This document shows positions 55,482 through 64,000 of a stretch of 64,000 nt of DNA, one piece after another (the first letter of the stretch is position 1; each line of letters begins with the position of its first letter). The translations under genes and the position numbers were made by a program. The stretch comes from Minisyncoccota bacterium (GTDB taxonomy: Bacteria > Patescibacteriota > Minisyncoccia > UBA6257 > JAGOQP01): NCBI GenBank assembly GCA_017991375.1, contig JAGOQP010000002.1:2259-66258 (forward strand). Direction: 5' to 3'. A model generated the notes under the pieces. That model ran no database searches and was not told the origin of the DNA. It saw nothing but the letters and a program-made list of their open reading frames with translations.

Positions 55482-55553
55482 CGGGAGCTGAGGGAATCGA
55501 ACCCCCGACCGCGGTTTTGGAGACCGCCGGTATACCACTTACCTAAGCTCCCT
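55482..55553 (-). tRNA. tRNA-Trp (anticodon CCA)
   Basis: Reverse-complement: acceptor GGGAGCT/AGCTCCC, D-arm GGTA-AGTGGTA-TACC, anticodon stem GCGGT/ACCGC with loop CTCCAAA, T-arm GGGGG-TTCGATT-CCCTC. Confidence 0.8.
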
Positions 55554-55706
55554 TGTTTTTTACCAACCACCAACCACTAACAACTAATCACTATTCTTAT
55601 TGTAGCAGAAAAACCATACCATTTGTCAAAATGAGTAAAATCAAACAATAAATGCACAATGACACACAGACACGGGAGAATCGCAAAGAGAGCATGAAAA
55701 TTAAAC

Positions 55707-55740
55707 GTTACAAAAATTAGCGATCGCTAATTTTTGTAAC
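55707..55740. repeat. 34-bp perfect palindrome GTTACAAAAATTAGCGATCGCTAATTTTTGTAAC (copy 3)
   Basis: Identical core to the palindromes flanking the Cas2-like gene. Confidence 0.95.
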
Positions 55741-56045
55741 ATAGATAAAACATAGCAAGAGCAAGAAAGCAAAAGTTGTTTTTCCGTCTACGTTTCCGTA
55801 TTATGTACTAAGGAAGATTTAAAATAGATGAGTAAAATGTGGAATGAATGACAGAGTGAAACGAATGAGATGTGGTTAACAGTCAAAGATAAAAGATGAA
55901 TGATTACCCACATTTTCTGTATTCGACTCTGAGGGATGAACCCTCAGGTTCAGGCCCAAATGAGGGCGATTTATGGTGAGCTCGTCGAACCAGTGAAGTG
56001 AATAGAAAAATCCGTCGTTAGTTGTTTGTCGTTAGTTACTGTACT

Positions 56046-56702
56046 ATGCATACGTATGACGATTTAATACATGAACTCATCCGATTGGGATATCTCAAGA
56101 CGGATCGAGTTATAGAAGCGTTCAAAACGGTTGATCGCGCGCTTTTTATTCCCGAAGAAAAAAAAGAATACGCTTATAAAAACGTTCCCATTCAAATCGC
56201 GCAGAATGGATTTATTGTTCAGCCGCTCATCGCGGCGTTTGTTATAGAGTTACTTGATCTACGCCCAGGAAACGCCGTGCTTGAAATTGGAACAGCAACA
56301 GGGTGGCAAACGGCAATCATGGCACGACTTGTCGAGTATATCGGTGGCATTACCGAAGATGAAGACGGAAGATATGGTATTACCTCATGCGAACCAAATG
56401 AGGAAATAAAAAATCACGCGTATACGATATTGGATTCTTTTGGGTATGTGGAAAAAGGAGTGGTGCGCGTAATAGGCGACACTGGTCAGAAAGGGGATAT
56501 TGATCACGCGCCGTTTGATAAAATTGTGTGCTGGTACGGAACGTTAATCGCGCCAGGTGCGTGGCATGAGCAGTTACGCATTGGTGGGCAGATGATCGTT
56601 CCCACCTATTCTGGAATTGCGCTGTACGAAAAAACGGACAAGAATACATTTACTCACAAAGAATATTTTGGATATACAACTCCTCATTGGCATCCGGAGT
56701 AA
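56046..56702 (+). CDS. pcm: protein-L-isoaspartate O-methyltransferase
   Basis: ...TVDRALFIPEEKKEYAYKNVPIQIAQNGFIVQPLIAAFVIELLDLRPGNAVLEIGTATGWQTAIMARLV (SAM-binding motif I); contains an internal insertion. Confidence 0.75.
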   Translation: MHTYDDLIHELIRLGYLKTDRVIEAFKTVDRALFIPEEKKEYAYKNVPIQIAQNGFIVQPLIAAFVIELLDLRPGNAVLEIGTATGWQTAIMARLVEYIGGITEDEDGRYGITSCEPNEEIKNHAYTILDSFGYVEKGVVRVIGDTGQKGDIDHAPFDKIVCWYGTLIAPGAWHEQLRIGGQMIVPTYSGIALYEKTDKNTFTHKEYFGYTTPHWHPE

Positions 56703-57003
56703 CAAATAATAGTAAATAGTGGAAAGAGGAAAGTGATTAATGGTTAGTCCTCCTACCCCGCCGCGGAGGGTACGAAAAAATAGGCTACGTAGTGGAGTGT
56801 TTAAAGTAGAACGTGAAACGTTGAACGAAGAAAAGAGGAATAAATAATCGTTGATCTTTAATCTTTAATCCTTAACTGGGAGCGGGGAGAGAATCATTAA
56901 TCTTTCATCGTTGATTATTAACCGCATGCCATTCATCTCTAATCGTTATTCGTAATCCATTACCCGTTCCACGTTCATCGTTCCGCGTGTAACTTGTTTA
57001 GTG

Positions 57004-57032
57004 TTGACATTTGCTATCTTTTATGGTAACAT
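57004..57032 (+). promoter_or_regulatory. sigma70-type promoter TTGACA-N17-TAACAT
   Basis: ttgacatttgctatcttttatggtaacat; followed by a ~110-nt leader with alternative hairpins (GAACGCT...AGCGTTC and CGCTGGGAAA...TTTTCCAGCG). Confidence 0.5.
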
Positions 57033-57163
57033 CCGTCAGTTAATACAGCACTCTGGGAACGCTAAAAAAATCGCTGGGAAACTTACTTTTCCAGCGTTCA
57101 GGAAGTTTTGTTAGAAACCAAGAACGAAAACCCCAGACAACTTAGACCCAAAGGAGGTCTGCT

Positions 57164-58054
57164 ATGTCGAAGAAGCTCGTCGGCCTGTTTGTGGCGATTT
57201 TCATCGCCATCTTCGTCAACGTTTTCTGCGCGAACATCGCGTTCGCGCAGATGCCCGTGGGAACTGCGCCCGACATCCTCGCTCAGTGGGAAGAGGTCGA
57301 GTGCCCCAACGGGTACTACGACATCGGACGCGCTGCCGTCAACCGGAATCGGATTCTGGAAGACGGGGAGTGCTACGTGGAATTCGCGTTCGGGATCCCG
57401 GGGAAGATGGGATACCGGCGCGGGTTTGGGGGGAACCAGTGTCTCCCCAAGCGTGAGATGTTCATCATCGACAGGGCCTCCGTCAGTGAGACGGGGGTGA
57501 TCAACAAGGGTACGCGGGTCGACATCCGTCGATGCGGGAACGGTTTCGAGTTGGGGATCGTTCTCAACATCCTCAACGCGGAGCGCGTCGAAGGGGAGGG
57601 GTGCGAGATGGGCTTCTGGGAAAAGAAGCCGGACCCGCCGAAAGCTGAGGCGGCGCCGACTTCACCTCCAGCTCCACCAGCTCCACCAGCGCAGGAGACA
57701 CCAAAGGTGGATGCACCTCCGATCCCCTCAAGAACGACTGTCGTCAACAACTACCCCCCCGCCTTCTCCGACGAACAGGTCGCGGAGATGCTCAAGAAGG
57801 CGGTTCAACCTCCAAAGAAGGAGAGGGGTTGGTGGAATCGCAACTGGGGATGGGTCGCTGGTGGAGTCGTTGTCGCCGGCGCGGTCATCGCGCTTGGTGA
57901 CAAGAAGGACAAGAACGACAACGGCAACAAGCCGACCATCTCGGGGATCAAGGGGGTGGTGGCAGGAGGACGGAATTCGCCGCCACGATTTGCTGGTGGC
58001 GGGGGAGGGTTTGGTGGTGCTGGCATGACCGCCGGCATCCGTGTCCGCTTCTAG
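57164..58054 (+). CDS. GC-rich (about 62%) secreted Cys-containing, Pro-rich protein with C-terminal TM and Gly-rich tail (296 aa)
   Basis: AAGGAGG 6 nt upstream; signal peptide MSKKLVGLFVAIFIAIFVNVFCANIAFA; PAPPAPPAQETPKVDAPPIPS linker; TM WVAGGVVVAGAVIAL; composition unlike the host. Confidence 0.6.
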   Translation: MSKKLVGLFVAIFIAIFVNVFCANIAFAQMPVGTAPDILAQWEEVECPNGYYDIGRAAVNRNRILEDGECYVEFAFGIPGKMGYRRGFGGNQCLPKREMFIIDRASVSETGVINKGTRVDIRRCGNGFELGIVLNILNAERVEGEGCEMGFWEKKPDPPKAEAAPTSPPAPPAPPAQETPKVDAPPIPSRTTVVNNYPPAFSDEQVAEMLKKAVQPPKKERGWWNRNWGWVAGGVVVAGAVIALGDKKDKNDNGNKPTISGIKGVVAGGRNSPPRFAGGGGGFGGAGMTAGIRVRF

Positions 58055-58071
58055 CAACAACTTCCTGGTGT

Positions 58072-58110
58072 GGGTCGCGCGTCAAAGGACACGCGCGACC
58101 CCACTGTTTT
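58072..58110 (+). terminator. rho-independent terminator
   Basis: GGGTCGCGCG-loop-CGCGCGACCC followed by CACTGTTTT. Confidence 0.65.
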
Positions 58111-58239
58111 AAAGCACTCAACTACAATATATTTGAGTATTTCAAAACGGTGCATATATGTACCGTGTACGTTACAATCATGTGTATTTTGAATGGCATA
58201 TTATCTCGTGGACACGTTAGGCAGTTTTACGGGATAGTG

Positions 58240-58268
58240 TTGACTTCCATCTATTTTTATGCTAGAAT
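58240..58268 (+). promoter_or_regulatory. sigma70-type promoter TTGACT-N17-TAGAAT
   Basis: ttgacttccatctatttttatgctagaat, 16 nt upstream of ATG 58285. Confidence 0.5.
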
Positions 58269-58284
58269 ATACACACGGTTTGTT

Positions 58285-61200
58285 ATGCGTAAAAAGCGCA
58301 TAAAATCTATGAAAAACATTATTATCAAAGCATCAATTGCGGTAGCGCTCGTTGTAGCGCTCGGTTTTGTGTTTGCGGGCGTTACTCACGCTCAAACACA
58401 GGCGCAATTTGATTCAAACTTTTTTGAGGTCGGAGATCACAAAGACACGGGGACGATAAATTGGCAAAAGGCCCTTTATAACATCAAACCAGGCGATCAG
58501 GTGCAATTTCTTTTCTCTCTGCATAACATCTCAAATGTAAAAGCACTGGATGCGCGCACCACATTGTCTGTTCAAAATTCGGGAAACGTTATTTCAATTA
58601 CGGGGCGTATTTGGGCTCAAAACGCTCCCGCAATTACCGAAACAGTAACTATTCACGCCGCTCCTGGGTATACCATTCGTCTTGATATTCAAAACGGTGA
58701 TTACGGTGGTGTGGGGGATGTAAATCCGGGACAAATCAAATACCACACAACTAATTTGCTCCCGATCACCGGAGGGCCTGTTACTCCTACGCTTACATGT
58801 ACAGCAAATGCAAGCCCTTCATCGGGGAATAGTCCGCTTTTAACCGTGCTTTCGGTTAATGCTCAAGGTGGAAGCGGGGGATACATGTATAAGTATGCAT
58901 ATGGCGATGGCGGATACACTGATTTTATTTCCAACGCATCGATTCCCTACACGTATGCTTCTAACGTATCAAAAACGTTTACAGCAACTATCACGGTAAA
59001 AGACAGTCAAAACAATCAAACATCATGTACCACACAGGTAGCGGTAACTGTAACACAAACAGGTGGCGCTCCCATTGTTCAAACAAACGCGGCAACTATT
59101 GTCGCGCAAGTAAGCGCCGTTCTTAACGGATCAGTCAATCCTAATGGCGCTAATACGATGTATTGGTTTGAGTACGGCACATCAAATAATCTTGGAAATA
59201 ACACGCCTTCGCAAAACATCGGATCGGGAACATCGGCACAATCGGTCTCTGCTCAACTAACAGGACTTTCGGGGAATACTACTTATTACTTTCGTGTTAC
59301 GGCGCAAAATACATACGGCGTATCACGTGGCCAGATTCTTACCTTCACGACAACCGGCGATGGTGGGTTAGTAAACTCATCACTTTCGTTGCAAGCATTA
59401 GAGCGTACCAATTGTAACGCGTCGGGCGGCACTCCTATCTCGGGTGTGCGTATGCCAATTCGCAATCCACGTAATTTACTAGTGTATAGTGGAAACACCA
59501 ACTCAGGTACGTCATTTCCAGTAACGGTTGCGGGAAATTATACTGCCGAAACTCCATCGGGATATGGCAATCGCCAATTCTGTCGCTTTGAAGGATCCCC
59601 AGCATATTTTGATCAAAACAATCAGACAAAAACCATTACAGCCATCTTTGCGGTTCAACAGAGCGGAGGGGCCCCCATCGTTCAAACCAATAGCGCGACT
59701 AACATCTCGCAAACGGGTGCAACGCTCAATGGTTCAGTCAATCCTAACGGCGCCAACACCAACTACTGGTTTGAGTACGGCACCTCAATGTCATTGGGGA
59801 ATAACACTCCGATGCAAAGCGCTGGATCAGGAACATCAGCACAATCAGTATTTGCTTCGCTGACCGGACTTTCTGCTAACACCACATATTACTTCCGTAC
59901 CGTTGCGCAAAACCAATATGGTACTACTCAGGGTTCTATCTTGAGTTTTACCACGGGGACAAATACTCAGTGCCAAATCCCATTCGCGTCAACCGCGGCG
60001 GCAACTAATATTAGTGCGTCTTTGGCAACGCTTAATGGAACAATTAATGGAAATGGATGCCAAACAACCTACTGGTTTGAGTACGGCACCTCAATGTCAT
60101 TGGGGAATAACACTCCAACACAGAATGGTGGAACTGGAAGCGCGCAAGCATACGCATCTGTGTCAAACCTTGCGGCCAATACCACATACTATTTTCGTGT
60201 GATGGCGCAAAATCAACAGGGATCAGCGCAAGGATCAATTTTGAGTTTTACGACGGGGAATGGAGGTGGTGGATCTGCCCCCATCGTTCAAACCAATAGC
60301 GCGACTAACATCTCGCAAACGGGTGCAACGCTCAATGGTTCAGTCAATCCTAACGGCGCCAACACCAACTACTGGTTTGAGTACGGCGCCTCAATGTCAT
60401 TGGGGAATAACACTCCGATGCAAAGCGCTGGATCAGGAACATCAGCACAATCAGTATTTGCTTCGCTGACCGGACTTTCTGCTAACACCACATATTACTT
60501 CCGTACCGTTGCGCAAAACCAATATGGTACTACTCAGGGTTCTATCTTGAGTTTTACCACGGGGACAAATTCAGGAAGTTCTCCGTATGTCCAAACCAAT
60601 AGCGCGACCAACATTTCGCAAACAAGCGCAACGCTCAATGGGCAGGTTAATCCAAACAATTCAAACACAACGTACTGGTTTGAATATGGAACGACCAGTG
60701 GTCTTGGAAATACCACTCAAACACAAAGCGCCGGATCGGGAAACAACACTACTAATATCTCGCAATACGTTTCTGGGCTTACGAGCAACACCACGTATTA
60801 CTTCCGCGCGGTTGCGCAAAATCAGTATGGTACTTCATACGGACAAATTCTTACGTTTACCACCAATACGGGTGGGGGAGGATCTGCTCCGATAGTGCAA
60901 ACCAACAGCGCGACCAACATCTCGCAATCATACGCGACTCTAAACGGATCGGTGAATCCAAACAATGCCAACACCAACTACTGGTTTGAGTACGGCACTA
61001 ACGGAAACTTGGGGAACTCAACAGTGATGCAAAATGCCGGATCGGGAAATTACAGCATGAACATCTCCCAGTATCTTTCGGGGCTAATGTCTAACACGAC
61101 CTACTACTTCCGCGCGGTGGCGCAAAATCAATACGGTACTTCGTATGGACAAATTCTCACGTTTGTAACAAACACAGGAGGTGGAAGCTGTACCATTTCC

Positions 61201-62406
61201 CCGAATGTATGGACTAATAGCGCAAACAGCATTTCTTCAAATGGGCTTACTTTCAATGGCCAAGTAACAGCCAATGGAGACAACGCGTATGCGTGGTTTG
61301 AGTATGGAACAGGAAGTGGCTATTTGAGCTACACCACCAACTCAACCAACGTAAGCAACTGGAGTGGTTCTCAGAACGTTTCACAGTCGGTGTACAATCT
61401 CTCATCGGGAGCAACGTACTATTATCGTATGGTAGCGCGCAATAACTGTGGAACGTCATATGGGCAAACATTATCAGCAACAACGGGAGGATATTACTAC
61501 GATGGGCAAGCGCCTTATGTCGTAACACTTCCGGCTACGTACGTGTATCGCAATTCAGCGCTTCTTAACGGTCAAATCAATCCCAATGGCAGTATGACTA
61601 CAGGATGGTTTGAGTATGGAACAACTATGAACTTGGGATCACGAACGCCGACGCAAGCAATGGGATCAGGATCATACCTTTCAAACATTGCGGCGGCACT
61701 TTCTGGGTTAGTACCAAACACAACCTACTACTTCCGCGCGGCGGCGCAGAACACGTATGGGACAGCATACGGCCAAGTATTAAGCTTCACCACACAAGGA
61801 CAACAGATTATTGTTACTCCTCCAAGCGAGCCAACGATTGTTATTCAACGATCGGGCGTGGTTACTACCGGATCGGGAACGTCGTGTGTGATCTTGGTAC
61901 CGGCATTGGATGTGTCTGAATTACTCCCAGGTCAAACCTTTACGTATACCATTACGTATCGCAATGGATGTGCCTATAATTTGGGGAACGCGTTCTTGAA
62001 AGTTATCTTGCCGACTGAAACGGACTTTGTCTCTACTAACTATCCATTCTTCAATCGCGACGCGAACGGAATTTCATACAACCTTGGCGTTATCTCACAG
62101 AATTTCCAATCGGCGATTAGTATTAAGGGTATAGTGAAAGAAACGGTAAAACGGGGAGATACGTTAATCTTTAGCGCGGTGCTCAACTTTAACGACGCGC
62201 AGGGACGCTTTCAGTCAATTAGCGCCTATCTAACTGCGGTAGTTGGAGGAGCGCAAGTGCTTGGAGCTTCAATCTTTGGCGCATTCGCGGGACTCTTTAG
62301 TAACTGGCTCTTTGATCTGTTCTTAGTACTTCTTATCATCTTTGCTATTTGGTGGATCTTCTTTAGGAATAAAGAGTCATCGGTAAAAGTTGACGTGTTA
62401 AAATAA
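58285..62406 (+). CDS. giant cell-surface protein with about nine ~101-aa FN3/Ig-like repeats, N-terminal signal anchor and C-terminal TM anchor
   Basis: Repeats APIVQTNSATNISQTGATLNGSVNPNGANTNYWFEYGTSMSLGNNTPMQSAGSGTSAQSVFASLTGLSANTTYYFRTVAQNQYGTTQGSILSFTT; many N-x-S/T sequons; two repeat units (59671-59972 and 60277-60578) are about 99.7% identical at DNA level; start set at MRKKRIKS. Confidence 0.8.
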   Translation: MRKKRIKSMKNIIIKASIAVALVVALGFVFAGVTHAQTQAQFDSNFFEVGDHKDTGTINWQKALYNIKPGDQVQFLFSLHNISNVKALDARTTLSVQNSGNVISITGRIWAQNAPAITETVTIHAAPGYTIRLDIQNGDYGGVGDVNPGQIKYHTTNLLPITGGPVTPTLTCTANASPSSGNSPLLTVLSVNAQGGSGGYMYKYAYGDGGYTDFISNASIPYTYASNVSKTFTATITVKDSQNNQTSCTTQVAVTVTQTGGAPIVQTNAATIVAQVSAVLNGSVNPNGANTMYWFEYGTSNNLGNNTPSQNIGSGTSAQSVSAQLTGLSGNTTYYFRVTAQNTYGVSRGQILTFTTTGDGGLVNSSLSLQALERTNCNASGGTPISGVRMPIRNPRNLLVYSGNTNSGTSFPVTVAGNYTAETPSGYGNRQFCRFEGSPAYFDQNNQTKTITAIFAVQQSGGAPIVQTNSATNISQTGATLNGSVNPNGANTNYWFEYGTSMSLGNNTPMQSAGSGTSAQSVFASLTGLSANTTYYFRTVAQNQYGTTQGSILSFTTGTNTQCQIPFASTAAATNISASLATLNGTINGNGCQTTYWFEYGTSMSLGNNTPTQNGGTGSAQAYASVSNLAANTTYYFRVMAQNQQGSAQGSILSFTTGNGGGGSAPIVQTNSATNISQTGATLNGSVNPNGANTNYWFEYGASMSLGNNTPMQSAGSGTSAQSVFASLTGLSANTTYYFRTVAQNQYGTTQGSILSFTTGTNSGSSPYVQTNSATNISQTSATLNGQVNPNNSNTTYWFEYGTTSGLGNTTQTQSAGSGNNTTNISQYVSGLTSNTTYYFRAVAQNQYGTSYGQILTFTTNTGGGGSAPIVQTNSATNISQSYATLNGSVNPNNANTNYWFEYGTNGNLGNSTVMQNAGSGNYSMNISQYLSGLMSNTTYYFRAVAQNQYGTSYGQILTFVTNTGGGSCTISPNVWTNSANSISSNGLTFNGQVTANGDNAYAWFEYGTGSGYLSYTTNSTNVSNWSGSQNVSQSVYNLSSGATYYYRMVARNNCGTSYGQTLSATTGGYYYDGQAPYVVTLPATYVYRNSALLNGQINPNGSMTTGWFEYGTTMNLGSRTPTQAMGSGSYLSNIAAALSGLVPNTTYYFRAAAQNTYGTAYGQVLSFTTQGQQIIVTPPSEPTIVIQRSGVVTTGSGTSCVILVPALDVSELLPGQTFTYTITYRNGCAYNLGNAFLKVILPTETDFVSTNYPFFNRDANGISYNLGVISQNFQSAISIKGIVKETVKRGDTLIFSAVLNFNDAQGRFQSISAYLTAVVGGAQVLGASIFGAFAGLFSNWLFDLFLVLLIIFAIWWIFFRNKESSVKVDVLK

Positions 62407-62469
62407 ACGACTTACCACTTACGACTGACGACAGGCAACGATTCAGTCAGAAAAATTTGTAATCGGGAA

Positions 62470-62510
62470 AACAACGCCCTTTCTGTTAAAACAGAAAGGG
62501 CGTTGTTGTT
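62470..62510 (+). terminator. rho-independent terminator after the giant gene
   Basis: AACAACGCCCTTTCTGTT-aaaa-CAGAAAGGGCGTTGTTGTT. Confidence 0.7.
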
Positions 62511-62633
62511 GACAAGAGCTCTTAAAAATGATAGCGTAACATTATTCCCCATAAAGACGAAGATCGTCTTTCTACACAGAAGAGCTGTGTTAGGCGCAAC
62601 GCGGGGGAATGTACGCCTCATAAGGAGGGGTGT

Positions 62634-63050
62634 ATGACAGGGTTAGAAATTTTCTTGTTGGTTTTTTTGTGTGGTGCCTTGGTTTGCGTCATCAATCTCG
62701 CTCGAGAGGTCAGAGATCGTTCGTGGTTCATTCGAGTTATGTGTACTCGAGAGATGATGATTCATATACGTCTCTCACAAGCAGCGAGAGGGTTGGAGGA
62801 GTATTTTCAGAAAGAAATCGCACGTCAACAAGAGTGTGTTAAGCAGGGGATTGATCCATCGCAAGACGCAGACCTATGTCGAATGAAAAAACAAAGCACT
62901 TTGTTCAAAAAGCGTTTCTGGAAACTAGTCCGTCTAGCGAAGGAATACGGTCTTATCTATGAATCTTGGGCTTCTGCGAAAGAAAAGAGCAAGAGATATA
63001 GTGACTTCATTGATCCAGAAGATACAAGCTATCGACTTTATCTAGGTTGA
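62634..63050 (+). CDS. hypothetical protein with N-terminal TM helix (138 aa)
   Basis: AAGGAGGGG 5 nt upstream; terminator downstream. Confidence 0.5.
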   Translation: MTGLEIFLLVFLCGALVCVINLAREVRDRSWFIRVMCTREMMIHIRLSQAARGLEEYFQKEIARQQECVKQGIDPSQDADLCRMKKQSTLFKKRFWKLVRLAKEYGLIYESWASAKEKSKRYSDFIDPEDTSYRLYLG

Positions 63051-63068
63051 CAACCTCAGCTCTTTCCT

Positions 63069-63098
63069 GCCCCGACCTTGTGTTGGGGCTTTTTTGTT
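63069..63098 (+). terminator. rho-independent terminator
   Basis: GCCCCGAC-loop-GGGGC followed by TTTTTTGTT. Confidence 0.65.
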
Positions 63099-63347
63099 GG
63101 CTTATTATCCTCTTGATTTTTAGACAATGATATGATACGCTTCCTCCAAGATCCACAGACCGTATGCAATCCGCCGTAGGTGGATATAAGTCATACCGAG
63201 GATAATCGCTTTTTTTCAAAAAGCATCTGTCGCGATCTTATCAAAGGTCGTTTTATTTTATTGTTTTCTTGATATTCGTATCTATTAGTTCGCCGCGGCG
63301 AATTCGTGCGTATTAGTAGATTAGTATCATGAAAGCGTAAGCATTGT

Positions 63348-63851
63348 ATGAAGTCAAAACAGCAAAAGATCAAAGAAATAGAACAAGAAACAGCGCTTGT
63401 TGATAGTGCTCAGTCGCTTATCTTCGTTGATTTTGCAAAAACGCCAACAAAAGATATTGTCTCTCTCAAGCAGGCGTTGGAGCATATAGAGAGCGTATAT
63501 AAGGTGGTCAAAAAGCGCTTGCTCAAAATTGTTTTAGGAAAAAAGGAAATTCCTGTTGATCCAAAATCATTTTCGGCACAGTTAGCAACCGTGTTTTCTC
63601 CTAAGGATATTTCAGAATCTGCGGGGGTGGTATACCGATTTGCAAAAGAGAGAGAAAAAGACGGGGGAGCGTTTAAGGTACTGGGAGGATACGACGTGAT
63701 CGCGCGTACGTTCTTTGGTGAACAAGATATCAAACGCATTGGACAACTTCCTTCTCGCGAAGTGCTCTTGGCACAGCTGGTCGGTATGGTCCAGGCACCG
63801 TTGCGATCTCTGGCGTATGTGCTTGATCAAGTAGCAAAGAAGAACGCGTAA
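63348..63851 (+). CDS. rplJ: 50S ribosomal protein L10
   Basis: ...REVLLAQLVGMVQAPLRSLAYVLDQVA typical L10 C-terminal region; followed by rplL. Confidence 0.8.
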   Translation: MKSKQQKIKEIEQETALVDSAQSLIFVDFAKTPTKDIVSLKQALEHIESVYKVVKKRLLKIVLGKKEIPVDPKSFSAQLATVFSPKDISESAGVVYRFAKEREKDGGAFKVLGGYDVIARTFFGEQDIKRIGQLPSREVLLAQLVGMVQAPLRSLAYVLDQVAKKNA

Positions 63852-63879
63852 CACATTACTAGTAATTAACACGTGATAT

Positions 63880-64000
63880 GAACGAAAAGTTTAATGACAT
63901 TTTGTCAAAAATTGAATCAATGACCGCGCTTGAAATTTCAGAGCTGGTCAAAGCGTTAGAAGAAAAGTTTGGTGTTTCTGCCGCGATGCCGGTTATGGCA
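63880..64000 (+). CDS. rplL: 50S ribosomal protein L7/L12, N-terminal fragment (3' end outside window)
   Basis: [41 protein letters not shown]. Confidence 0.8.

Noticed and set aside
35441-55740. Possible CRISPR array suggested by the Cas2-like gene and repeated 34-bp palindromes
   Set aside because: Only three palindrome copies at irregular spacing (746 bp and about 19.5 kb apart). There are no short regularly spaced repeats with unique spacers anywhere in the window, and no cas1 or effector genes.
57108-58060. Overlapping ORFs in the 57.1-58.1-kb GC-rich region (57108-57500, 57711-58028 plus; 57373-57750, 57728-58060, 57805-58038 minus)
   Set aside because: They are frame artefacts of GC-rich DNA. 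57164-58054 has RBS, signal peptide, TM and terminator.
1-64000. rRNA, tmRNA, RNase P RNA or SRP RNA genes
   Set aside because: Scanned for hallmark conserved motifs (e.g. the GGAAAGTCCGGGCTCC-type P4 region of RNase P, rRNA universal blocks) and found none. These RNAs are probably encoded outside this window.

Overview
This 64-kb window appears to come from a low-GC (about 40%) small-genome bacterium with CPR/Parcubacteria-like traits. Supporting evidence: a 61-aa SecE; secE-nusG-rplK not followed by rplA; an intron-containing tRNA; a GxxExxY gene; a type IV pilus-like cluster with LamG-domain pseudopilins; and giant repeat-rich surface proteins. Housekeeping genes recognised: leuS, an HtrA-like protease, gyrB, secE-nusG-rplK, gatB, miaA, thrS, dnaE, rnhB, rpmF, nusB, rnc, an SMC-like ATPase, rpsP, a KH protein, trmD, rpsB, tsf, rpmG, pcm, rplJ and rplL (partial), plus 10 tRNA genes. 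Accessory content, with no tools available, is described from the sequence alone. (1) A tRNA-bounded island (11.3-16.7 kb) holds a large serine recombinase flanked by 124-bp inverted repeats, next to a 2.6-kb cargo (XRE, Rnk/GreA-like, MFS-like, CaCA antiporter) flanked by 284-bp GC-rich inverted repeats. (2) Conserved structured elements, each ending in a duplicated tRNA terminus, sit beside Arg, Tyr, His, Phe and Thr tRNAs. (3) A group I-like intron lies in the anticodon loop of tRNA-Thr(GGU). (4) An orphan winged-helix-Cas2-like gene is bracketed by identical 34-40-bp perfect palindromes. (5) Three GC-rich inserts carry consensus promoters, AAGGAGG ribosome-binding sites and terminators, one encoding a 53-aa type I-toxin-like peptide. 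(6) There are two further palindrome families and a REP-like hairpin family.
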